From positions 197,347-261,346 of the forward strand of contig CAZCNP010000002.1 in the NCBI GenBank assembly GCA_964500725.1: a DNA stretch of 64,000 nt, given 5' to 3'. Source of the stretch: an uncultured Gammaproteobacteria bacterium. GTDB lineage: Bacteria; Patescibacteriota; Microgenomatia; Daviesbacterales; UBA10151. The position numbers were made by a program, and so were the translations under genes. Below, piece by piece: positions 1 through 9,780 of this stretch (the first letter of the stretch is position 1; each line of letters opens with the position of its first letter). The notes beneath the pieces were generated by a model that did not search any database, was not told the origin of the DNA, and saw only the letters and a list, made by a program, of their open reading frames with translations.

Positions 1-1045
1 ATTCAGGATAAATAGGAATAGAAAAAATATCTTTACAGATACTTTCTGCTATAGGAAAATCTCCTTTGCGGTATTTCAGATAAGAATAAGCTGGTTGTAA
101 ATGCAGAGGGGTGGGATAATATATTGCAGAGTTAATGCCTTTTTCCATTAATAGGTTAATTATTAAATTGCGTTTTGAGTGACGCAATGTGTAGACGTAA
201 TATACGTGACTGCTATTTGGAAATTTAAAGGGGCGGATGTAAATATCAGAAAGCTTCTCCGAATAATATTTGGCAATTTGCTGTTTTTTCTGATTCCAGC
301 CATCAAGATATCGTAATTTTACCCGAAGTATTGCTGCTTGTAAGTTATCTAACCGGCCGTTATAGCCCACTATCTTGTGATTGTATTTTGAAACCCTGCC
401 GTGATCCCTTAATAAAGAAATATTTTTTGCAATTTTCGAGTTGTTAGTAACTACAGCGCCTCCATCTCCAAAACATCCGAGGTTCTTTGATGGGTAAAAA
501 CTAAAACAGGCAGCATCGCCCCAGGAGCCTACTTTTTTATTCTTATAAGCAGCTCCGTGTGCTTGTGCAGCATCCTCGATGATTTTTAATTTATACTTTC
601 TGGCTATTTCCCAGATTTCATTCATGTTGGTAATCTGTCCGTAAAGGTGAACTACTATAATTGCTTTTGTTTTTTTTGTGATTTTCTTGATAATTTGATT
701 TGAATCCAGATTGTAGGTTTTGGGATCGATGTCTCCAAATACGGGGATTGCACCCATATTTACAATTGCCGCCGCCGTTGCAGTAAAGGTAAGGGTAGGG
801 CAAATTACTTCGTCTCCGTTTTTAATCCCGATAGCTTTCAGTGCAAGTTCCAGGGCTGTACTACCGGAAGAAACGCCAAAGCAATATTTTGCGTCACAAT
901 AATCTGCAAATTCTTTTTCAAATAAATGCAGCTCCTTACCTAAAATGAAGTCGCTTTCCTCGATAACCCCTTTAATAGAATTATCAATTTCTTTTTTGAG
1001 TTTTTGATACTGCAATGGTAAATTCATTAAAGGAATTTGCAGCAT
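1..1045 (-). CDS. DegT/DnrJ/EryC1/StrS family PLP-dependent sugar aminotransferase, 3' end runs off the window
   Basis: Not in the ORF track because it is open at the window edge. Manual translation from ATG 1045: [17 protein letters not shown]...[13 protein letters not shown]...[11 protein letters not shown]...VHLYGQ...[11 protein letters not shown]...[16 protein letters not shown] (PLP lysine motif)...SIPIYPE. Confidence 0.93.
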   Translation of the reverse strand, partial: MLQIPLMNLPLQYQKLKKEIDNSIKGVIEESDFILGKELHLFEKEFADYCDAKYCFGVSSGSTALELALKAIGIKNGDEVICPTLTFTATAAAIVNMGAIPVFGDIDPKTYNLDSNQIIKKITKKTKAIIVVHLYGQITNMNEIWEIARKYKLKIIEDAAQAHGAAYKNKKVGSWGDAACFSFYPSKNLGCFGDGGAVVTNNSKIAKNISLLRDHGRVSKYNHKIVGYNGRLDNLQAAILRVKLRYLDGWNQKKQQIAKYYSEKLSDIYIRPFKFPNSSHVYYVYTLRHSKRNLIINLLMEKGINSAIYYPTPLHLQPAYSYLKYRKGDFPIAESICKDIFSIPIYPE

Positions 1046-1075
1046 AAGGCTTATATATTATGAATAAGAAGTTAT

Positions 1076-2341
1076 TTAGTCAATAATGAGCTTAGCTACT
1101 TTTTCTCCCAGATCAACTGCATAGTTTGTTCCTCTGTCCCAGGGATATACCATATCTAAATTGGCAAGATAGATATTTTTGAGAGGTGTTTTAAATCCTG
1201 GAACCAGCGCTGAGTGTTTTAATCCAACTACGGGTTGAGCAAAGGGATTGATAAATTTGTGGATACTAATCAGATTATTTCTGAAATTGGGATTTATTTT
1301 TAGTAAATAATTACTAAATAAGTTTAAAAGCTGATTTTTGGTCATTTTTAAATAAGGATGATGCTCGGGTAAATAATTTCCGATATAAATTATATGCTGA
1401 TTATTATAATGGATTGGATCCATAAAATTTGTATGCTCTACAAGAACTAGGAAAGGAAAATTTTTTTCGGTAATGTTTAACCAGTAAGTATTCTTTAAAA
1501 AAGGCTTTTTCAATATTAGTATCAAATTTAATGCGTGTAGGTGTTTGATTGTGTTTATTTTTTTAACATACGATTGCGGAAGATTAGGTGTAATACCGGT
1601 AAAGATAGGCGAAGGAGAAGTACAGATGATTTTATCAAACTTAAATAAGCCTTGAGCTGTTTTAATTATACAATTTTTATCTAAAGAGCGAATCGATTTA
1701 ACTTCATGTTTAAGTAGGATTTTTCCTCCTAAGTTTTCTATCTCCTTGCTAATTTCTTCCGTGAAACTGTTGAATCCTTTCTCTGGATAAGCTAAATATG
1801 CTGTTCTTGTCTTAATCCTTGCCCAGAACCAGGAAAGAGAAATTGTATTTTTGTAAATGCCAAACTTTCCGGAGAATAGAGGTTCCCAGATTGATGCTGA
1901 TGCTTTGTTTCCCATCTGTTGCCTTATCCATTCTAATGCCAGTTTATCTTCTAACTTCTTATAATTTTTCAATAACTTTAGATAAGCTAGCGCAAAGCCA
2001 ACTCTGATGCGGGAAAATAATGGGACGTATGGAAAAAATAAAAGCGATAAGGCGCTATCTAACGGTAGGATCCGTTTATTTACTAGTATATTAGTATGAG
2101 GTTTTTTAATAATAACCTTATGTTTAAGTTCTTTTGCTAAGGCTAGTATATTGTCATCATTGGTAAACCAATGGTGATAGGTTTTTTCTAATGTCCAACT
2201 CCATTTTGGACCTCTCAAACCACTTGCCATGCCTCCCACAGCAGCTTCTTTTTCAAAAATATATACGCTATGACCCTTCTGTGCTAAACGAAGTCCTGCT
2301 GTTAGGCCAGTAAATCCTGCGCCTATAATAGCAATTTTCAT
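1076..2341 (-). CDS. FAD-dependent oxidoreductase (HemY/amine-oxidase-like, glycan-cluster type)
   Basis: N-terminal GAGFTG Rossmann motif, EKEAAVGG, YHHWF, C-terminal VYPWDRGTNYA. ATG 2341 is preferred over TTG 2344 because it lies 6 nt after an extended -10. Confidence 0.8.
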   Translation of the reverse strand: MKIAIIGAGFTGLTAGLRLAQKGHSVYIFEKEAAVGGMASGLRGPKWSWTLEKTYHHWFTNDDNILALAKELKHKVIIKKPHTNILVNKRILPLDSALSLLFFPYVPLFSRIRVGFALAYLKLLKNYKKLEDKLALEWIRQQMGNKASASIWEPLFSGKFGIYKNTISLSWFWARIKTRTAYLAYPEKGFNSFTEEISKEIENLGGKILLKHEVKSIRSLDKNCIIKTAQGLFKFDKIICTSPSPIFTGITPNLPQSYVKKINTIKHLHALNLILILKKPFLKNTYWLNITEKNFPFLVLVEHTNFMDPIHYNNQHIIYIGNYLPEHHPYLKMTKNQLLNLFSNYLLKINPNFRNNLISIHKFINPFAQPVVGLKHSALVPGFKTPLKNIYLANLDMVYPWDRGTNYAVDLGEKVAKLIID

Positions 2342-2469
2342 CAAGTCATTTTAACAGATAACAAAACATGTTTTCACTATTGATTTTGGTCCGGTTTAAT
2401 CTAGAATATATACAAAATGAAAGATAAGGGTAAAAAGAATAGGCATGTTGAAGATAAAAGACTCAGCTT

Positions 2470-3897
2470 ATGAAAAACGCAAGAACGCCGCTTTGCTCGA
2501 TTATTATTCTAAACTATAATGGTGAGTTAATTATTAAGGAAGCGCTAGCTTCTTTGATGAGAATGAATTTTCCGAAAGATTTGTATGAAGTGATTGTTGT
2601 TGATAATGATTCTAAAGACAACAGTAAAGAGCTTATAGATAAATTCAAACAGAGACATTCAAATATAAAAACTATTTATTTATCGGAAAATTTGGGATTT
2701 TCCGGTGGTAACAATATAGGAATTAAGGCATCTTTGGGAAAATATGTATGTTTGTTAAATAACGACTGTATTGTTGAAAAGAATTGGTTAAGAGAGATAA
2801 TAAAGACTGCAGAGAAAGATCCAAAAATATTTGCTGTCAATTCAAAAATCTTGGTTTATCAAAGGTTTATGAACCTGAGATTAGCTTTAAATAATGCTTT
2901 TTCTCTTTTATTTATAATACTTACAAAATCCTACCTTCTTAATTTTTCCTCTGCAGATAAACCGTTTTTCTTAAATTTTTATAAGAAAAACGGTTTTTGT
3001 CAAGTTGATATTCCGTATGATCCGATAAACGACCGAGAAATAGAATTTAGTGTTTCGTTAAATATAAATAGAAATATAAGACTTAAGAAGGAAATGCTAA
3101 AAAATATTCTTAGTTTTCAAGAAAGTTGTGTAAGTATTATAGGAATTAAGAGAATTAAAGGAGAAATAGAATTTAATCTAAAAATTAACCTTTCAGGAGG
3201 ATTAAATAAACTTAATTCTTTAGACCAAATTCAGAATGCAGGAATTATGGTATTTCAAGATGGTTATGGAAGAGATATAGGGGCAATTGTTACTGGGGGA
3301 CGACAGCTCTATGAATATGATAAGGGGCAATATAACAAAGAAAAAGAAATTTATGCTGCTTGTGGCGCAGCTGTTTTATATAATAACAAGATTATAAAAG
3401 AGATAGGGTATTTAGATGAGTCTTTTTTTATGTATTATGAAGATGTAGAAATTTGCGAAAGAGCTAGAATGAGAGGTTATAAATCAGTTTATTGTCCCAA
3501 AGCAATTGTCAGGCACCTGCATGCTTTATCAAGTAAAGAAGGATCTCCTTTTTTCTTTTATCATGTTGAAAAAGGTAGGCTTCTTCATATATTCTATATT
3601 TTTCCTTTCAAAATATTTATACAAGAGTACTTCAAAATCGTACTAGCCTCCATGATGAGTTGTTTTGCAATAGTTTTAAAGATAAGAGAATTAATGCAAA
3701 GGTTTAAAAGGGATAAGATATATAATGATCGCCCTAAGTTTATAAGACGAATTCAGTTAGTTAAAGTCCTTTTATATTTCATCTGGAATTCCCCCCGCTT
3801 AATTCTTAATAGAATGAGAAAAAGAAAAATGATAAATAGAAATAAAAGAGATGTGAACTATTTAAACCTTTTGGAAGGGAGATGGTATTTCAAATGA
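2470..3897 (+). CDS. GT2 family glycosyltransferase (WbbL/rhamnosyltransferase-like) with an internal insertion
   Basis: SIIILNYN, VVDNDSKD, NLGFSGGNN, LLNND, ACGAAVL, FFMYYEDVE motifs. Confidence 0.88.
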   Translation: MKNARTPLCSIIILNYNGELIIKEALASLMRMNFPKDLYEVIVVDNDSKDNSKELIDKFKQRHSNIKTIYLSENLGFSGGNNIGIKASLGKYVCLLNNDCIVEKNWLREIIKTAEKDPKIFAVNSKILVYQRFMNLRLALNNAFSLLFIILTKSYLLNFSSADKPFFLNFYKKNGFCQVDIPYDPINDREIEFSVSLNINRNIRLKKEMLKNILSFQESCVSIIGIKRIKGEIEFNLKINLSGGLNKLNSLDQIQNAGIMVFQDGYGRDIGAIVTGGRQLYEYDKGQYNKEKEIYAACGAAVLYNNKIIKEIGYLDESFFMYYEDVEICERARMRGYKSVYCPKAIVRHLHALSSKEGSPFFFYHVEKGRLLHIFYIFPFKIFIQEYFKIVLASMMSCFAIVLKIRELMQRFKRDKIYNDRPKFIRRIQLVKVLLYFIWNSPRLILNRMRKRKMINRNKRDVNYLNLLEGRWYFK

Positions 3898-5468
3898 AGG
3901 CAGTTATTTATGATAAATGGTTGTCTTCTCTAGGGGGTGGCGAAGTGGTTGCTTGTAATATGGCCCAAGCATTAAGAAGAAAAGGGTATAAAGTTTTATT
4001 TGTCGCAGGTAAAAAAGTTTCCAAGTCGAATATTTTTGAAAAGTTGAAAGTTAACGTTTCCGGAATTGAATTTATAGAAATATGGAATGATGAGATTAAA
4101 TTAAAAAAAATAGTAGAAGGCTCTGATTTATTTATAAATACTACCTTTATGGATTATTCAAGAGGTTATGCTAAAAAGAATATTTATTACACTCATTTTC
4201 CCAATAAGTCTTACAATAATTTCAGAGGAATGATTTTTTCAAATTTAGTCTTACCTTTTGTAAAGAAATTTATAAAATCCTTCGAAGCAATTGATTCAGT
4301 AAACGCCCCGACTACGCTAAATAATAGTCCGATTTATTCTTTATCAGAATCTAATAAATATGCCATTTCTCAACTTACGCCAAGTAAAAAAGAGAAAATA
4401 GAATTTCTATTATTTATAGAATACTTTGACAAACAAGCTCTAGAAAATATTGTTATAGAATTAGAAAATGGACGTATTTTAAATAAAGCTGTGAGAATCG
4501 ATCATAATGGAAATACGATTCATTATGCTCTAGAAATATTGCCTAAATCGAATACAGTATACTTAATTATAAATATAGATTTTGATAATCTCAAAAACTA
4601 TAATTTGGAAAAAGGCTCTATCTATTTGCTATACCCAAAAATATATTTAAAACAGTTTTCTTCAGTATTCCTGGGAAACATGGTAGAGAGAATAAGAATT
4701 AAATTAAGAGCGGGAATATTTGTAGATTTAAAGGGAAGATTGAACACATATCAAAGGATAGTTACACATTCAGGATATGTTAAAAAATGGATTAGGAAAT
4801 ACTGGAATAAAGAACCTTTAGTATTATATCCTCCAGTGGACTTACTTTTTAAAAAATATAATCTTAAGATGCGCAAGAAGAAGAATTGGATTTGTTCCGT
4901 AGGAAGATTTTTTACATTAGGACATGGAAAAAAGCAAGAAGTCTTAGTAGAGGCATTTAAAAGATTTTATGATAAAACTAAGGATAAATGGGAGCTTCAT
5001 TTAGTTGGAGGACTGGGTGATGAATCTTCTAGTATTGCTTTTTTTAGATACCTAAGAGAGGTCTCTAAGGGTTATCCTATTTATTTCCATATTGATGCTT
5101 CGGCACATGAAGTAGAGGAGGTTTATTTAAAGTCTAAAATTTATTGGCATGCAACTGGTTTTGGAGAAAATCCTAATACTGAGCCTGTTAAATTCGAACA
5201 TTTTGGAATTGCGCCCATAGAGGCAATGAGTGCTGGTTGTATTCCAGTTCTGTACAATGGTGGGGGATTAAGGGAGATTATACAGATAACTGGTTTAAAT
5301 AGTGATAATCTTTTTATGTCGATTAATCATCTAGTAGAAAATACTATAAAATTTGCAAATGGTCAAAAAACGATTAACTGGGATAAATTGTTTAAGACTT
5401 TAGATAATAATTTTTCTTTAGATACCTTTAGACATAAATTTTTAACGATTGTAAAAGAATTAAAATAA
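3894..5468 (+). CDS. GT4 (GT-B) glycosyltransferase with an internal insertion
   Basis: LGGGEVVA N-terminus, SVGRFF, KKQ, EHFGIAPIEAMSAG. Start is probably ATG 3894 (ATGA overlap with the upstream stop); the track gives 3882. Confidence 0.88.
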   Translation: MKAVIYDKWLSSLGGGEVVACNMAQALRRKGYKVLFVAGKKVSKSNIFEKLKVNVSGIEFIEIWNDEIKLKKIVEGSDLFINTTFMDYSRGYAKKNIYYTHFPNKSYNNFRGMIFSNLVLPFVKKFIKSFEAIDSVNAPTTLNNSPIYSLSESNKYAISQLTPSKKEKIEFLLFIEYFDKQALENIVIELENGRILNKAVRIDHNGNTIHYALEILPKSNTVYLIINIDFDNLKNYNLEKGSIYLLYPKIYLKQFSSVFLGNMVERIRIKLRAGIFVDLKGRLNTYQRIVTHSGYVKKWIRKYWNKEPLVLYPPVDLLFKKYNLKMRKKKNWICSVGRFFTLGHGKKQEVLVEAFKRFYDKTKDKWELHLVGGLGDESSSIAFFRYLREVSKGYPIYFHIDASAHEVEEVYLKSKIYWHATGFGENPNTEPVKFEHFGIAPIEAMSAGCIPVLYNGGGLREIIQITGLNSDNLFMSINHLVENTIKFANGQKTINWDKLFKTLDNNFSLDTFRHKFLTIVKELK

Positions 5469-5474
5469 GCAAGT

Positions 5475-7187
5475 CTAACTCTTTTTTATATAGTACAAAT
5501 CCTTATTAATTTTTTCTACTCCGCTTTCTGTAGCTATTGAATTTACAAAGTTATTGATGAAGGGTTGAAGTTCCTTGATAAAATAATATTTATTAAATTT
5601 TACCATATCAATTTTTCTTCCCTGCATTTCTTCAATAAAAGCCTTAACATTATTTTCCTTTATATATTTAGAGAGTATTGCTGAAAGAGTAAAATTCTCC
5701 GGTAAATCATAACCGCTGTAACCGTTAACCAGTAGGCATTCATGGTATGCAGAAGCCAGCACTAAGGTTGTTATATAGCTTAATCCTATGCGTATATTAG
5801 GAGCGGCATCGAAGTGAGTAAGGGGGAGTTCTATTAAAACTTTCTTTTCCTTTGAACAAATATTCCTTAGTAGTTGATAGTCAGGAGTGATGTAGGCGTT
5901 ATTAGTTGTTTTTAGGTTAAAAGGAATGTATTCTAAAGCAAAAATTATAAATACTAATAGAAAAGCCATTTTGTGATAGGACTTCTTTGTCAAGTTATTA
6001 AGAGATATGAGAGAGAAATAGGTAAGACCAAAAAAGAACAGAAAACTCCAGCGTATTATTACTCTGATTGCCTCAAATAACGGTATATATTTGAGCAGCA
6101 AGCCATATGGTAGCGGAATATTTGCATAATTACCGTTGAAGTTTAATCTTGGGCCTAAAGAAAATATTAATCCAGCAATTAATAAAATAAGGAAATAAGT
6201 TTTTTGCCTGTCCAGTTCAAGATTAATTAAAAGTGATTTTTTAGTCTTCTGCAGTTTAAATAATGCCAAAATTACCAAAGCAGAAATTAAGAAACCAGGA
6301 AACAGATTGCCTCCGGAATTATTAAATTTATTCCATGAGTTTATTAAAGAAGATCTATGGATGATTGAATTAACTGATCTGGTAAATAGATAATCGCTTA
6401 AATTTGCTGAATTAGTAATATATTCCTGCATGTCACGTTTTGCATGGTAAGTATTTCTCATATCTAGATACCCTTTAATAAATACGCCACTTGTTAGGAA
6501 AAAAACAAAGAAGATAATAAAGAATTTATATAGTATTGATTTTAGCTGTTTGAGTTCGACCGCTTTTAACAAATAAAAAATAAAAATAGAAAAAATTAAG
6601 AAAACTGCTGAATACACGTTAGCGAGGAATTGAATTGTTATACCCAAACCAATGAGTATAAGTATTCTTAGCTGAATTTCTTTTCCGGCTTCCTGTTTAA
6701 AAAGGAGATAGAGTGTTAGAAAAAAAGGCCAGTAGGAAAGATCCGGGAGGTGACCTAACTCAAGAAAGAAAAAGGGGGAAAAAATAAAAAATATACTTCC
6801 GCAGAAAGCAATCAAACTTTTTTTAAAAATTTGTTTCCAAAAAAGATATGCGGATGTGAAATTTAAAACAAAATTCAACAAAAATATGATATTGAAACTT
6901 AGAATTAATTTCTTGGTAAGGAAAAAAGGTAAAAGGCCTAAAATAGCTTGTGGTAAAGTAGTATCGGCAAATAATAAGGTATACTTATGGGGATAATATA
7001 TATTTGTATCAAAGAAATTATCAAAATTAAGATTAAGTATCTTGGTCATATTTTGATTTATCAGCCACACGGATGCCGGGTAGTCTGACCAATCTACTAA
7101 ATTAGTGGTAATATTTAAGAATAAGTCTCTGAAAACGATACCGAATAAGAGAAGAAAAAAGGCGAGAAAGATGAGGTATTTTTTCAC
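5475..7187 (-). CDS. Multi-pass membrane protein, GT-C/YfhO-like glycosyltransferase
   Basis: Many TM segments, DW.D loop after TM1, SANLSDY, SLGPRLN, periplasmic C-terminal NGYSGY. Paralog of 7257-8990. Confidence 0.65.
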   Translation of the reverse strand: MKKYLIFLAFFLLLFGIVFRDLFLNITTNLVDWSDYPASVWLINQNMTKILNLNFDNFFDTNIYYPHKYTLLFADTTLPQAILGLLPFFLTKKLILSFNIIFLLNFVLNFTSAYLFWKQIFKKSLIAFCGSIFFIFSPFFFLELGHLPDLSYWPFFLTLYLLFKQEAGKEIQLRILILIGLGITIQFLANVYSAVFLIFSIFIFYLLKAVELKQLKSILYKFFIIFFVFFLTSGVFIKGYLDMRNTYHAKRDMQEYITNSANLSDYLFTRSVNSIIHRSSLINSWNKFNNSGGNLFPGFLISALVILALFKLQKTKKSLLINLELDRQKTYFLILLIAGLIFSLGPRLNFNGNYANIPLPYGLLLKYIPLFEAIRVIIRWSFLFFFGLTYFSLISLNNLTKKSYHKMAFLLVFIIFALEYIPFNLKTTNNAYITPDYQLLRNICSKEKKVLIELPLTHFDAAPNIRIGLSYITTLVLASAYHECLLVNGYSGYDLPENFTLSAILSKYIKENNVKAFIEEMQGRKIDMVKFNKYYFIKELQPFINNFVNSIATESGVEKINKDLYYIKKS

Positions 7188-7256
7188 TCATTGAATTATA
7201 TGAAGGATATTTCAAGATTGCAAACTTTTACATTAAAAAGCAGAGCAAAATAAATT

Positions 7257-8990
7257 ATGTCGAAAATCAAAAGTATATTTTTAGCAATACCTATACTGCT
7301 GATAATTTTTTATTGGAAAAATACCTTACTTAATATGTCTGATCATCTATATGATTGGAATGATACTTTGTATTTCATTTGGCTGATTCAAAACCATATT
7401 CATAATTTGACAAACTTAAATATCGATCATCTTTTTGATGCGACTGCAATGTATCCATTTAGATACGCATTGTCTTTCGGAGAGCAGTTTTTCTTTCCTT
7501 CGCTAATAGCCCTGGTTGTAAGTCAGTTTAATCAAAACCCGATTTTTCAGTTAAATTTTTTGCTTGTTGTTAATCACATCTTAAATTTTATCTGTTTTTA
7601 TTTACTAGTTAGTTTATTTGTGAAGACTTTTTGGTCAAAAGTGATCTCAGCCTTTTATTTTTCATTTAGCCCTTATTTTTTTGCCCAGTTAGTGCATTTT
7701 CAAATGGTCTTTTTTTGGCCATTACTCCTCTCATTATTTTTCCTTTTTAAGGATAGAGACTTAGAAGATCACAGATTAAAGAATTTATTATTTTCCGGCA
7801 TTTTTCTTGGCATTCAATTTATGAGTAGTATATACCTTGGAACAATGGGGCTCCTGGCAATCATGTTATTTTTTGCAGTGCGGGTATTTTTTGAAAGAAA
7901 ATTTATTTCTTTGTTAAAACAAGCTCTGATTTTGTTAGTTGTATTCCTGCTTACAGCTGGAATTTCTATTTACGGATACATGCTGGCAAAAAACGAGTAC
8001 GGCGGAAAAAGAGAGCTGGGAGAATTCATAACTTATTCGGCTCATCTTAGTGATTATATTTTCCCGGTTAGGAATCACACGTCCTTTCTTTACCAAAGCC
8101 CATTAGTTGTCCGTTGGAATAGCTTTGATCATCATAACTTAGGGGAGAAAGCTGCTTTCATTGGTTTTCTCCCTCTGATTATAATTTTTTTCTATTTAAT
8201 AAAATATGATTGCGACAAAAAAACGTTAGCTTTTTTTATAAGATTAAACAAAGTTACTCTATTTTTGGTGTTACTAGGTTTATTAAGTTTTATTGCTTCG
8301 CTTGGTCCGCGTTTAAATGTTAACGGGTCATATCTTTATATTCCGCTACCCTATGATTTGGCTATAAAAGGTGTTTCCTTAATTGAATTTTTACGCGCCT
8401 TAGCAAGATGGTTTTCACTGGTTATGCTTGCAATGGCGATATTACTTGCTCTTGGGTTAGATAGCTTTTTTGATAACTTAACTAAAAAAATATCTTCAAA
8501 AAAGGTATTTGTCATCGGGTTTTTGATTTTTGGCTTATTTATATTAGAGTTTTACCCTAAGCCTTTGGAGGTTTCTAAGAAGGAGTGGTGGAACCAGGCA
8601 TATAGCTATATGAAAAATGAGCTATGCATTAAAGATAGCCCTGCAGTTTTAGAATATCCATTTGTTTATAGAAATATAGATGGGGGGTTGATTAAAGATC
8701 TGAATTACAAGATGGTTATACTCTTAGCTTCGACTCAACATAGCTGCAGAATCTTAAGCGGATTTTCCGGTTATGAGCCTTCTAGGTATATACAAATAAA
8801 ACAGCAGCTTGATAACGATGGTATCGACCAAAACGATTTAGCGCTTTTACGGAAGCTTGATTTTAAGTACATTAAACTAAATAAGTTTGCAATTTCAGAA
8901 GAAGAAAGAATCTCACTTGCAAAAGACTTAAGAGGTTTTGGTCTAAAGAATGTTTATAAAGATGGGGATGTTGATATCTATGCTTTATGA
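7257..8990 (+). CDS. Multi-pass membrane protein, GT-C/YfhO-like glycosyltransferase
   Basis: DWNDT, SAHLSDY, SLGPRLN, SGFSGY motifs shared with the divergent neighbour. Confidence 0.65.
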   Translation: MSKIKSIFLAIPILLIIFYWKNTLLNMSDHLYDWNDTLYFIWLIQNHIHNLTNLNIDHLFDATAMYPFRYALSFGEQFFFPSLIALVVSQFNQNPIFQLNFLLVVNHILNFICFYLLVSLFVKTFWSKVISAFYFSFSPYFFAQLVHFQMVFFWPLLLSLFFLFKDRDLEDHRLKNLLFSGIFLGIQFMSSIYLGTMGLLAIMLFFAVRVFFERKFISLLKQALILLVVFLLTAGISIYGYMLAKNEYGGKRELGEFITYSAHLSDYIFPVRNHTSFLYQSPLVVRWNSFDHHNLGEKAAFIGFLPLIIIFFYLIKYDCDKKTLAFFIRLNKVTLFLVLLGLLSFIASLGPRLNVNGSYLYIPLPYDLAIKGVSLIEFLRALARWFSLVMLAMAILLALGLDSFFDNLTKKISSKKVFVIGFLIFGLFILEFYPKPLEVSKKEWWNQAYSYMKNELCIKDSPAVLEYPFVYRNIDGGLIKDLNYKMVILLASTQHSCRILSGFSGYEPSRYIQIKQQLDNDGIDQNDLALLRKLDFKYIKLNKFAISEEERISLAKDLRGFGLKNVYKDGDVDIYAL

Positions 8991-8996
8991 AATCCG

Positions 8997-9728
8997 TTAA
9001 GAACTTAAGAGATTAAATTTTACTATCTCCCATACTGCTTTAATACCATCTCTCCAACCTATTTTTTTACCCTCTGAGTAAGTTCTACCGGAGTAAGAAA
9101 TTCCAACTTCGAAAAGCTTTAATTCTGGCATTTTTGATATTCTTGCTGTTATTTCTGGTTCGAAACCGAATCTTTCGCTTTGTAAATCATTGGCAATTTG
9201 TCTAATTAAGTCCCCCTTAAAAGCTTTATAGCCTGATTCCATATCTGTTAAATTTAGATTGGTTAACATATTGGAAAAAGTAGTTAAGAGTATATTAATT
9301 TGATAATGCCAAAAATAAAGGACTCGATGAGGTCTATTTGAAATAAATCTTGATCCATAGACCACATTAGCTTCGTATCTGATAAATGGTTCTAGAAGAA
9401 GATGATAATCATTTGGATCGTATTCTAAGTCAGCGTCTTGAATAAGCACAATATCTCCGGTAGAAATTTTTAGTCCTTCCTTTATTGCTGCGCCCTTTCC
9501 CTTATTCTTTATTTTAGATATAATTTTAATATCAATTTTTGGATATTTAGTGCTTAAAATCTTAACTGTTTTTTTAATAACGGTTTTGGTGCCATCTTCT
9601 GATGCATCGTCGATAATTATTATTTCCTTATTAAGATTTAGAGAATCAGCTGCGCAAACTTGCAGAAGTGTTTTTCCGATAAATTTTTCTTCGTTATAAA
9701 CAGGGATAATTATTGATAACCCTTTCAT
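8997..9728 (-). CDS. GT2 polyprenol-phosphate glycosyltransferase (DPM1/GtrB-like)
   Basis: SIIIPVYNEE, IIDDASEDGT, NKGKGAA, IQDADLEYDP, VVYGSRF, TDMESGYK, RFGFEPE. Confidence 0.9.
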   Translation of the reverse strand: MKGLSIIIPVYNEEKFIGKTLLQVCAADSLNLNKEIIIIDDASEDGTKTVIKKTVKILSTKYPKIDIKIISKIKNKGKGAAIKEGLKISTGDIVLIQDADLEYDPNDYHLLLEPFIRYEANVVYGSRFISNRPHRVLYFWHYQINILLTTFSNMLTNLNLTDMESGYKAFKGDLIRQIANDLQSERFGFEPEITARISKMPELKLFEVGISYSGRTYSEGKKIGWRDGIKAVWEIVKFNLLSS

Positions 9729-9780
9729 AATTGTATTTTATACTGTTACATATAAGTAATTAAACTGGTAATATTAGCTA

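Noticed and set aside
618-902. Two short ORFs (618-803 minus, 720-902 plus)
   Set aside because: Both lie within the DegT aminotransferase gene, which the track missed because it runs off the window.
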